In this document: in pieces, positions 1 to 7,608 of the stretch
Layout of the letters: each line of letters begins with the position of its first letter
Position numbering within the stretch: the stretch's first letter is position 1
From: Candidatus Zixiibacteriota bacterium
GTDB lineage: Bacteria; Zixibacteria; MSB-5A5; WJJR01
Length of the DNA: 37,412 bases
Direction of reading: 5' to 3'
NCBI GenBank assembly: GCA_036170655.1
Contig: JAVHPP010000141.1
Location: forward strand, 38,737 to 76,148
Program-made: the position numbers and the translations under genes
The notes under the pieces: model-generated
The model's input: the letters and a program-made list of their open reading frames with translations, nothing else
Database searches by the model: none
What the model was told of the DNA's origin: nothing

Positions 1-1
1 C

Positions 2-32
2 AAAAAAACCGCCCCGCTCGAAAGCGGGGCGG
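2..32 (-). terminator. Intrinsic terminator after the putative 6S RNA
   Basis: Perfect 10-bp stem CCGCCCCGCT (9-18) / AGCGGGGCGG (23-32), loop UUCG on the minus strand, followed by U7 (A-run at 2-8 on plus). Confidence 0.9.
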
Positions 33-34
33 CG

Positions 35-225
35 GGCACGATGTGAGCTTTGATTTGAAAAACACTTCCGACCCAGTACGATAAAGGCGTTTTAGAGCTA
101 CCGTGGGTATTTTGTCCTCGCTACCCCGCTTTGGGCGGGGGTCACGGCGAAGGACGCAACCCAGTGGGAGCGGCCTTCATTATAGAACCTGTTAAAGGTT
201 TTTCAAATGCATCTCCCCATCGGCC
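35..225 (-). ncRNA. ssrS: Probable 6S RNA (~190-nt rod-like hairpin)
   Basis: Ends pair (GGCCGAUG/CAUCGUGCC); 11-bp stem AUUUGAAAAAC/GUUUUUCAAAU; ~15-17-nt weakly paired central bubble; inner stems AUGAAGGC/GCCUUUAU, UGGGU/ACCCA, GUCC/GGAC, UCGC/GCGA; terminal hairpin CCCCGC/GCGGGG. G-U pairs work only on the minus strand. GCUCUAAAAC bulge resembles GCCUUAAAAC of E. coli 6S. Promoter upstream, terminator directly downstream. Confidence 0.7.
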
Positions 226-230
226 ATTCT

Positions 231-259
231 CAAGATACGGGTTTCCATGCAAAGCGCAA
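231..259 (-). promoter_or_regulatory. Putative sigma70-type promoter for the 6S-like RNA
   Basis: TTGCGC (259-254), 16-nt spacer, TATCTT (237-232); predicted start at ~225-226 matches the 5' end of the hairpin. Confidence 0.55.
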
Positions 260-371
260 TCGATCCCGCCACTTGTTTTTATCGGACGCCATCGGTCCCG
301 GATTGAGGAAAACCCGCGCAACTGCAGGTCAGAGGCGCATGATTCCCCGGTCTGTCCTCTTGGCGTCCGCC

Positions 372-650
372 TCAGTCCTTGAACAAACCGTCAAAATCAG
401 ACTTCGATTTCTTCTTTGATTCATCTTTGCTGGCCCGTTTGGCAGCGCGGAAATAGTCACAGGCATTGGCGACTTCCTTGTCGGGCTGCAGTTCGGCCTG
501 CGGTTCACGGCAATCATTGCGGATGCCGGGCCGGTAGAACTCGCAATTGCGGCAGCAGCGCAGATACGCCGCGCAATGCGGACACTCCGAGGTCCGCGTA
601 ATCAGATCCGGTTCGTCGTATGTTCGACCACAGGCCCAACAGGTTGCCAC
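372..650 (-). CDS. Small Cys-rich (Zn-ribbon-like) hypothetical protein, 92 aa
   Basis: GTG start after GGAGG; CxxC...CxxC...CCxNCxFY...C...CDYF pattern; basic C-terminus ending FDGLFKD. Confidence 0.8.
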   Translation of the reverse strand: MATCWACGRTYDEPDLITRTSECPHCAAYLRCCRNCEFYRPGIRNDCREPQAELQPDKEVANACDYFRAAKRASKDESKKKSKSDFDGLFKD

Positions 651-839
651 TGCCTGCTCCTCCCCCGTGTCACGCAGCGTGCGTTTTCACATCAGCAATA
701 AGCAGGACCGTTGACAGAGGTCAAGAGTGAAGTCCGTCAGCATGTCTTACAGGCCCCATGTGCGCGTCTGCATCGCACAAACCAATTGACCCCATCGCTT
801 CCTTCGCTCTTACTTTTCCGTGTGGAAGAACATCGGGCA

Positions 840-1562
840 TTGCCATCGGTCTTTGCGTTGCGCCGTGAGATGGTTGACATCGGGCGGCGGATGTATGAGC
901 GGGGGCTGATTGTGGCGGCCGAGGGGAACATCTCGGCGCGCCTGGCCGATGGGGCTGTCCTCGTCACCCCGGCGGGGATGTGCAAGGGGTTGATGAAGGC
1001 AGAGGATCTGGTGGTGGTCGATCGCGTCGGCGGCAAGCGCGCGGGAACGCACGAGCCTTCCAGCGAATTGAAGATGCACCTGGCGGCTCTCTCCGGACGT
1101 CCTGATGTCAATGGCTGCGTGCATGCGCACCCGCCATATGCGACCGCATTTGCCGTGGCCGGAATCCCTCTGGATGAATGTGTTCTGCCGGAGGTGATCG
1201 GAACGCTGGGATCTGTTCCGCTGGCGCCGTACGCGACGCCTTCGACCGCCGCGGTCGGAGAGTCGATTGCCAAGTACCTTGATCGGTTCGACGCGATCCT
1301 GCTGAAGAACCACGGGGTTTTGACCTTGGGCGTTGATTTGGAGTCGGCGTTTCGCAAGATGGAAACGGTCGAGCGTTTCGCACAGATTGTGCATCTGGCG
1401 CGGTCGCTGGGTAAAGTGGACACCCTTTCCCGCGACGAAGTTGAGGATATTTTACGTCTGTCGCCTGTGCTCTCATCACGATTCTCTCAGACAAAAGCGC
1501 CGGTTTGCGGGGATGGTGCCGTCGGACAGGAACGTGGACACGAATCAGGCGGGCAGACGTGA
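840..1562 (+). CDS. Class II aldolase/adducin family protein (FucA/MtnB-like)
   Basis: EGNIS, PSSE, VHAHPPYAT and LKNHG metal-binding motifs; TTG at 840 is the likely start (ORF open from 711). Confidence 0.9.
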   Translation: MPSVFALRREMVDIGRRMYERGLIVAAEGNISARLADGAVLVTPAGMCKGLMKAEDLVVVDRVGGKRAGTHEPSSELKMHLAALSGRPDVNGCVHAHPPYATAFAVAGIPLDECVLPEVIGTLGSVPLAPYATPSTAAVGESIAKYLDRFDAILLKNHGVLTLGVDLESAFRKMETVERFAQIVHLARSLGKVDTLSRDEVEDILRLSPVLSSRFSQTKAPVCGDGAVGQERGHESGGQT

Positions 1563-1589
1563 CCATCTGTAGCGGGACGGTTTGAGCGA

Positions 1590-2843
1590 ATGCCTGTCAC
1601 ACGTAAGATCTTCTTAGATCGGGCCGACCGTCTGCAGCGGATGCCGGTCGAGTCGGTGAGCGACTTGGATCGGATCGCCGCTCGTCTGCGCCGCCTCGGT
1701 GTCGGCCTCATCGATCTGTCGCGCGCCACGGCGACGTCGCCGCCGGTGACTCTGCCGTTCGATCTTGGTGAACGTGATGACGACTGGCGTCCAGCGCCGG
1801 ATGAAGAAATGGCCCGGCTGACCGAGGCCGTTTCCGGGTGGTACGAGCGCCGCTTCGGCGTGCATCTCGATCCGCAGCATGAGTTGGCCGTTGTTCCCAA
1901 TTCCGTCATGGGGCTTTCACTGCTCGCGCTGGCCTTCGTTGACTCGGGTGACATGGCGTTGCTGCCGGACCCGGGAGCGCCATTCTACCGTGGCGCTATT
2001 GCCTTGTGCGGCGCCGGCGTGATGCCGTACTACCTTCTGGAGCGAAACGATTTTCTCCCGAGTTTTGCCGGTCTCGAAGCGGCGCTGGCTGGACGCACCC
2101 GGCTCATGGTGATTTCCTACCCGCACAATCCGACCGCGGCCATGGCCGATCTGCCTGTGCTCACTCAGGCCGTGGGTTTCGCGCGCCGCCAGCGTGTGTT
2201 CATCGTGTACGACGCGGCGCTCACGCACGCTTTCCATGGTCCTGTGCGGCCGCACGGATTTCTGGAAGTGGCCGGTTCCCGTGGCGTTGGGGTTGAGATT
2301 TTCCCCATCGGGACGAGCTTCGGCGTGGACGATTTGTCGCTCGCCGTCGTAGCGGGCAATCGAGAGGCGGTCAGCGCCGTGACCTTCCTTATGCAAGCGT
2401 CACACCTGCGGCCTCTGATCCGAACGGTGCGTCTGGCCGTATCTGTCCTCGATCATGGCGAGTCGCTGATGGCCAGCCGGATGCAGCAACTCGAAGAGCC
2501 CCGGCGCATTTTGGCCGAGGCCTTCGGAGAGGCAGGGTGGATGCCACGGACATCGCCGGTCGCGCCATTCTTGTGGGCATCGGTACCAGCGGTGGTGGGG
2601 ACGGAAGGATTTTGCCGCCGGCTTCTGCGTCGTACTGGTGTTCGGCTGAGTCCGGGCACTATCTTTGGTTCGCGCGGGGAGGGGTATGTACGCGTGGCGA
2701 TTCCTCCCAGCGCCGACGTGGCCAGGACCGTGGCCGAACGGCTGTGTACCCACGGACACCTGTACCAGCGGCGCATTCCGCGTCGAAACCGTCTGAGCCG
2801 CCGCCGGGCGTCTCCGCGGCCGGCTGATGAAGCAGCCGATTGA
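1590..2843 (+). CDS. Class I/II aminotransferase-like protein (LL-DAP-AT/MtnE-like), apparently lacking the catalytic Lys
   Basis: LLPDPG, SYPHNPT, YDAA and GEGYVR motifs; expected S-x-S-K motif reads PIGT. Confidence 0.85.
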   Translation: MPVTRKIFLDRADRLQRMPVESVSDLDRIAARLRRLGVGLIDLSRATATSPPVTLPFDLGERDDDWRPAPDEEMARLTEAVSGWYERRFGVHLDPQHELAVVPNSVMGLSLLALAFVDSGDMALLPDPGAPFYRGAIALCGAGVMPYYLLERNDFLPSFAGLEAALAGRTRLMVISYPHNPTAAMADLPVLTQAVGFARRQRVFIVYDAALTHAFHGPVRPHGFLEVAGSRGVGVEIFPIGTSFGVDDLSLAVVAGNREAVSAVTFLMQASHLRPLIRTVRLAVSVLDHGESLMASRMQQLEEPRRILAEAFGEAGWMPRTSPVAPFLWASVPAVVGTEGFCRRLLRRTGVRLSPGTIFGSRGEGYVRVAIPPSADVARTVAERLCTHGHLYQRRIPRRNRLSRRRASPRPADEAAD

Positions 2844-2858
2844 GAGAGAGTTCTTCCC

Positions 2859-3233
2859 GTGGCCAAGATCCGTTTGCACAACATGACGTTTTATGGTTTT
2901 CACGGTGTTTCCAAGGCCGAGCGGGAGACCGGCCGTCGATTCGAAGTCGACTGTGAATTGGAATTGGACATTGCCAGCGCGGCACAAAGTGACAGGTTGA
3001 AAGACACGGTCAACTATACCAAGGTTTATGATACGGTTGAGCGCATCGTCCAGAGGGACAGGTACAACCTGCTGGAGAGCGTTGCCTCGCGCATCGCGGC
3101 GGAATTGGCGGCCCACTTTCGTGTCCGGCGCGTTCTGGTGCGCGTCCGCAAGCGAATTCCGCCCATCCCCGGGAATCTCGACTACATCGAAGTTGAGTTT
3201 GACTCGGCGGTAGATTCCCTGGAGGCCACATGA
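2859..3233 (+). CDS. folB: Dihydroneopterin aldolase
   Basis: FYGFHGV, TVNY, LLE, VRK motifs; 124 aa; upstream of folK. Confidence 0.93.
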   Translation: MAKIRLHNMTFYGFHGVSKAERETGRRFEVDCELELDIASAAQSDRLKDTVNYTKVYDTVERIVQRDRYNLLESVASRIAAELAAHFRVRRVLVRVRKRIPPIPGNLDYIEVEFDSAVDSLEAT

Positions 3234-3318
3234 TGCGCTTTCGCAGCACCTCATGGATAAGCCCCGCCGATGGGCGCGTTGGAAAAGCCTCACGGCTGCA
3301 TCAGGGACAGGGAGAGGA

Positions 3319-3437
3319 TGAGATTGCTTCGTCGGTCGCTCCGCCTACGGCGGAACTCTCTCCTCGCAATGACTGCCAAGACAATCGGATCGCCGTTGAG
3401 AAAATACAGTCATTGCGAGCGAAGCGAAGCAACCTCA
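3319..3437. repeat. Palindromic REP-like repeat (GTCATTGCGAG...GAAGCAA type) with a nested TCCGCC-N3-GGCGGA palindrome
   Basis: CTCGCAATGACTG (3363-3375) / CAGTCATTGCGAG (3407-3419) perfect inverted repeat; TGAGATTGCTTCG (3319-3331) / CGAAGCAACCTCA (3425-3437); TCCGCCTACGGCGGA at 3340-3354. Confidence 0.8.
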
Positions 3438-3527
3438 CCGCCACGAACTACGCGACGCGATCGACCGTGGGTTCTTCAACACGCCCTGATACGACGGGCG
3501 TAGTCTGACGACCGGAACGGAGTACTT

Positions 3528-4055
3528 ATGCTTCATCACATCACCTACATCGGCGCCGGCTCGAATCAAGGGGGCCGTCTGGCCATGCTGGCGGGGGCGG
3601 CGCGCCACTTGTGCGAGTCCGCGGGTGTAAACGACATCATCAGTTCGCCGGTTTATGAGACGCGGGCTGTTGGCAACGCCGGTCCTGCACATTTTCTCAA
3701 TGCTGTGTTTCAACTGACAGTCAGTCTTCCGCCGATGCAATTATTCCTGCGCTTGCAGGAGATCGAACTGACCATGGGGCGTTGTCCGCCGCGTGACGGG
3801 CCCCGTCCCATTGATTTGGATCTGTTGCTGTATGATGACCTCGTGCTCGAGAACGAGTTGCTTGTTATTCCGCATCCGCGTCTGGCGAGGCGCGCGTTTG
3901 TCCTTCAGCCGCTGGCGGACCTTGCGCCTTGTGTCTGTCATCCCGAATTGGGTTTGTCCATTGGCGAACTCCTGGCGGCGCTGCCCGTCCCCAATGAGAT
4001 CATCAAACGATATGCCGATGCGACGGCCATTGCCGCCGTTGTGGCCGGGATCTGA
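3528..4055 (+). CDS. folK: 2-amino-4-hydroxy-6-hydroxymethyldihydropteridine diphosphokinase
   Basis: GSN, YET, FLNAV, GPRPIDLDLLLY, IPHPRL..RAFVL.PL motifs. Confidence 0.95.
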   Translation: MLHHITYIGAGSNQGGRLAMLAGAARHLCESAGVNDIISSPVYETRAVGNAGPAHFLNAVFQLTVSLPPMQLFLRLQEIELTMGRCPPRDGPRPIDLDLLLYDDLVLENELLVIPHPRLARRAFVLQPLADLAPCVCHPELGLSIGELLAALPVPNEIIKRYADATAIAAVVAGI

Positions 4056-4058
4056 GAA

Positions 4059-4703
4059 ATGCCCCTTCCCGATCATCGCCTGATAGCCATCGAGGGTCTG
4101 CCGGGCTCCGGCCACAGCGAGTTTGCGGCGTGGATCGGCACACAGCCCGACTGGTTTGCCGAATTGGAGGCGGGCGATGACCAAATGCCGGCCATCGAGC
4201 GAAGTCCGCTCTCCTATGTTCTGCAGCGCCTGATCGCCCGCTACGAACGCCACCAGTCGCTGGTGGGGGCGGATCTGTTCCGGCATCGCATCGTGACCGA
4301 CTACACATTCGCCACGCATGCTCTCTGGGCGCAGTCGCTCCTGTCCGATCACGAGTGGTTGTTGTATCAGAAGATTGCCACGGCGGTTATTCCTCCGCCC
4401 CTTCGTCCCGATCTGGTCGTGTATTTCCAGGCGCCGGAACGTCAGGTCACCGCCACTCTGCGGCACCGTCACAAGGCCGTGGATGCCGGACGCTGGCTGG
4501 ATCTCTACCATGCCTACCAGCGCCATTTTTTCTCCTATGAGGATTCGCCGCTGATTGTCGTGCGCACGGACACGGCGCAATGGTTTGACGGCATTGGACC
4601 GCGTGAGGCGCTCTGGAAGAAGATTTTCACATATCCCGGTGGCAAGACGTACTTCGTTGGTGAATCTGGACTGTGGGATGGTGGGACACCCGCAGAGGAT
4701 TGA
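4059..4703 (+). CDS. Deoxynucleoside kinase-like protein with degenerate P-loop
   Basis: IAIEG..GSG(HS), VTDY.F and PDLVVYFQA segments; usual folK-dNK-panB position. Confidence 0.8.
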   Translation: MPLPDHRLIAIEGLPGSGHSEFAAWIGTQPDWFAELEAGDDQMPAIERSPLSYVLQRLIARYERHQSLVGADLFRHRIVTDYTFATHALWAQSLLSDHEWLLYQKIATAVIPPPLRPDLVVYFQAPERQVTATLRHRHKAVDAGRWLDLYHAYQRHFFSYEDSPLIVVRTDTAQWFDGIGPREALWKKIFTYPGGKTYFVGESGLWDGGTPAED

Positions 4704-4719
4704 CCCGGCATTCAACACG

Positions 4720-5529
4720 ATGGCTACCTCTGTCAAACCAGTCACAACCCGCGACTTTGTCCGGATGAAGGAATCCGGGCGAAAGATTGCCGTGTTGACG
4801 GCGTACGACTTCTCCACGGCACGGCTGGAGGATGAGGCAGGTATCGATGGTGTCCTTGTCGGCGATTCCGCGAACATGGTTTTCTATGGCGAGCCGACCA
4901 CGCTTTCGATCACGGTGGACCAGATGATCTACCATACACGGGCGGTCGTGCGGGCGGTCAAACGGGCGCTCGTCATCGCCGACATGCCGTTCATGTCCTA
5001 CCAGGTTACTGCCGAAGAGGCGTTGCACAATGCGGGACGGTTTCTCAAAGAGTCGGGCGCTGCTGCCGTGAAGCTGGAGGGTGGGCTGCCAATGGTGCCC
5101 ACCGTACGACGTATCGTCGAGGCGGGTATTCCCGTTATGGGGCACATCGGTCTCACCCCTCAATCTGTCCACCGATTCGGGGGCTACGGGGTGCGTGGCC
5201 GGAGTGACACGGAGCGAACATTCCTGCAGGAATCCGCCCACGCGCTGTCGGATGCCGGGTGCTTTTCCATCGTGCTGGAGGCCATTCCCGCCGACCTGGC
5301 CACCGAGATCAGCCGTGCCATTCCGATCCCCACGATCGGCATCGGCGCCGGCGTCGGCTGCGATGGTCAGGTATTGGTCGTCAACGATTTGCTGGGTCTC
5401 TTTGAGGACTTCCAGCCCAAATTTGTGCGCCGTTATGCGCAACTGGCACAGGTCATGCGCGAAGCATTTGCCCGGTACCGCGATGATGTGCAACAGAGTG
5501 AATTCCCATCGCCGAACGAAGGGTATTAG
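4720..5529 (+). CDS. panB: 3-methyl-2-oxobutanoate hydroxymethyltransferase
   Basis: LTAYD, LVGDS, DMPF, VKLEGG, GHIGLTPQS, IGIGAG motifs; ATG at 4720. Confidence 0.97.
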   Translation: MATSVKPVTTRDFVRMKESGRKIAVLTAYDFSTARLEDEAGIDGVLVGDSANMVFYGEPTTLSITVDQMIYHTRAVVRAVKRALVIADMPFMSYQVTAEEALHNAGRFLKESGAAAVKLEGGLPMVPTVRRIVEAGIPVMGHIGLTPQSVHRFGGYGVRGRSDTERTFLQESAHALSDAGCFSIVLEAIPADLATEISRAIPIPTIGIGAGVGCDGQVLVVNDLLGLFEDFQPKFVRRYAQLAQVMREAFARYRDDVQQSEFPSPNEGY

Positions 5530-5574
5530 GACGCGCCAGACCGCTTTTGGGTACTCTCTTTGCCGGATTCCACC

Positions 5575-6435
5575 ATGCGTTCCATCCGATCCGTCGCAGG
5601 CGTTCGCCGAGTCATCTCGCAGTGGGGCCGACAGAGGCATTCGGTTGGTTTCGTACCGACCATGGGCGCGCTTCACGAAGGCCATCGTTCACTGATCCGG
5701 AAGTCACGCCGACTTTGTGATCGAACGGTTGTGTCGATCTTCGTCAATCCGACACAGTTTGGACCCGGTGAAGACTTCGAAGCCTATCCGAGGCCGTTCC
5801 GCAAGGACCTTGATGTCTGTCGTGAAGAAGGCGTCGATCTCGTCTTCGCACCGGCTCCGGTAACCATGTATGCAGAGGGGTTCTGCACCACCGTCAAGGT
5901 TGGCCCGCTGGGCCAGATTTGGGAGGGGAGAGTCCGTCCCGGTCATTTTGACGGCGTGGCGACCGTCGTCTTGAAGTTGCTCTCCATCGTGAAGCCCGAC
6001 ATGGCTGTTTTTGGGCAAAAAGACTACCAGCAGGTGGCGGTGATACGCCGTCTGGTGGCGGACTTTGCCCTTTCTGTCAGGATCGTTGTCGCCCCGACCG
6101 TGCGGGAGCGTGACGGTCTTGCACTGTCGTCGCGGAATGAGTATCTTGATACATTGTCCCGTCAAGCCGCACCAGGGCTTTACCGGGCTCTCAGTTGGGC
6201 ACGGGACCAGGTGAGCCGGGGCAGATGCAGTGTAACGAGACTGGAACAACGAATGAGGCAGATGGTTGAGGATGGGGGTATGTTCAAACTTGATTATGCT
6301 GCCTTTTGTGACAAGGAGACGTTGAGACCCAAGCCGTCGCCCATACCGCCACTGGTCATTCTCATCGCGGCCACCTGTATGAGAAAGGGTCCCGCCTACA
6401 ACCGTCGTTTCATCGACAATATCGTTCTCCCCTGA
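5575..6435 (+). CDS. panC: Pantoate--beta-alanine ligase
   Basis: FVPTMGALHEGH, FVNPTQF, RPGHF.GV, FGQKDYQQ, GLALSSRN, IDN motifs. Confidence 0.97.
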   Translation: MRSIRSVAGVRRVISQWGRQRHSVGFVPTMGALHEGHRSLIRKSRRLCDRTVVSIFVNPTQFGPGEDFEAYPRPFRKDLDVCREEGVDLVFAPAPVTMYAEGFCTTVKVGPLGQIWEGRVRPGHFDGVATVVLKLLSIVKPDMAVFGQKDYQQVAVIRRLVADFALSVRIVVAPTVRERDGLALSSRNEYLDTLSRQAAPGLYRALSWARDQVSRGRCSVTRLEQRMRQMVEDGGMFKLDYAAFCDKETLRPKPSPIPPLVILIAATCMRKGPAYNRRFIDNIVLP

Positions 6436-6481
6436 CATCCGTTTGTCTCCGCAAGAGCGAGAGTCCCAGGCCCCATAGATC

Positions 6482-6826
6482 ATGTTGATTCAAGTTTGCC
6501 GCGCGAAGATCCATCGGGCCCGTATCACGGATGCCAACCTTGACTACGAAGGGTCAATTTCCATCGGTCCGGAATTGCTCATGGCCTCTTCGATCCAGCG
6601 TTATGAGCGTGTGCAGGTGGTCAACGTCAATAACGGCGAACGGTTCGAGACCTACGTGATCGAAGGTGGCATTGGGGAAATCTGCCTGAACGGACCGGCG
6701 GCGCGTTTGGGGCAGGTCGGCGACTCGGTGATCATCATTGCATATGGCTACGTTGACTCGGGAGAAGCCGGCAAGATCAGACCGGTGATTGTCAAAGTAG
6801 ACCAACAGAACCGTCCTCTGTCGTGA
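6482..6826 (+). CDS. panD: Aspartate 1-decarboxylase
   Basis: KIHRA, YEG|SI autocleavage site, NGERFETY, ICLNGPAAR. Confidence 0.96.
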   Translation: MLIQVCRAKIHRARITDANLDYEGSISIGPELLMASSIQRYERVQVVNVNNGERFETYVIEGGIGEICLNGPAARLGQVGDSVIIIAYGYVDSGEAGKIRPVIVKVDQQNRPLS

Positions 6827-7608
6827 CCTACGGCCTCGGCAGTCAATCTATGAATAAGACAGATCACTCCCAAGCGGAGTCGCGTGAGCCGGCGGTCGCC
6901 GTTATCTTAGCGGCGGGGCTGGGGAAGCGTATGGGGGCCGATCTTCCCAAGGTTCTGTTTCCTCTGAAAGGAAGGCCTTTAGTCAATTGGGTCGTCGAGG
7001 CCACATGCCAAGCCGGTATGGGCAGGATCATCGTTGTCATTGGATACAAAGGGGAGCTGGTCAAAGAAGCCTTGGCGGATGCTCCAGTCGAGTTTGTCTG
7101 GCAACATGAACGATTCGGCACTGGCCATGCTGTTCTGCAGACAGAGCCGCTGCTCGTGTCACATGGCGGCCCCGTTGTTATTTTGGCCGGGGATGTTCCT
7201 CTGATCCGACCGACAACCATCAGGGACCTGACCGAGGTTCAGCGATCGGCCAATGCTGCAGGGGTCGTTTTGACAGCCGCAGCGGAAGATCCAACGGGGT
7301 ATGGCCGCATCGTTCGGCTGGCCAATGGTCAGATTGACCGCATCGTCGAAGACCGTGATGCAGATGATAACATCAAGAGAATCAAGGAGATAAATACGGG
7401 CACGTACTGTTTTTCGGCTCGCCCACTGTTTGCTGTTCTGCATCGTGTCGGAAAGGATAATGCTCAGGGCGAGTATTACTTGACGGATGCGATCGCTCTA
7501 TTGCGGGGCAATGGGTTACCTGTCATTGCCCACAAGATCGATGACCCCGGTGAAGGTCTTGGAATCAACTCTCGTGAGCAGCTCTTGGCCCTTGAAAACA
7601 GAGCGTGA
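6823..7608 (+). CDS. GlmU-like N-acetylglucosamine-1-P uridylyltransferase domain only (no acetyltransferase domain)
   Basis: ILAAGLGKRM...PKVL, GTGHAV, GDVPL, GYGRIVR, IVE, EINTG, NAQGEYYLTD; stops at 261 aa with no hexapeptide repeats; alternative ATG at 6850. Confidence 0.9.
   Translation: MTYGLGSQSMNKTDHSQAESREPAVAVILAAGLGKRMGADLPKVLFPLKGRPLVNWVVEATCQAGMGRIIVVIGYKGELVKEALADAPVEFVWQHERFGTGHAVLQTEPLLVSHGGPVVILAGDVPLIRPTTIRDLTEVQRSANAAGVVLTAAAEDPTGYGRIVRLANGQIDRIVEDRDADDNIKRIKEINTGTYCFSARPLFAVLHRVGKDNAQGEYYLTDAIALLRGNGLPVIAHKIDDPGEGLGINSREQLLALENRA

Noticed and set aside
131..419. Plus-strand ORFs 131..382 and 207..419
   Set aside because: They overlap the structured RNA, its promoter and the Cys-rich gene; no SD or recognisable protein features
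3741..5685. Long minus-strand ORFs 3741..4877 and 4627..5685
   Set aside because: Antisense shadows of folK, dNK and panB, expected in high-GC coding DNA
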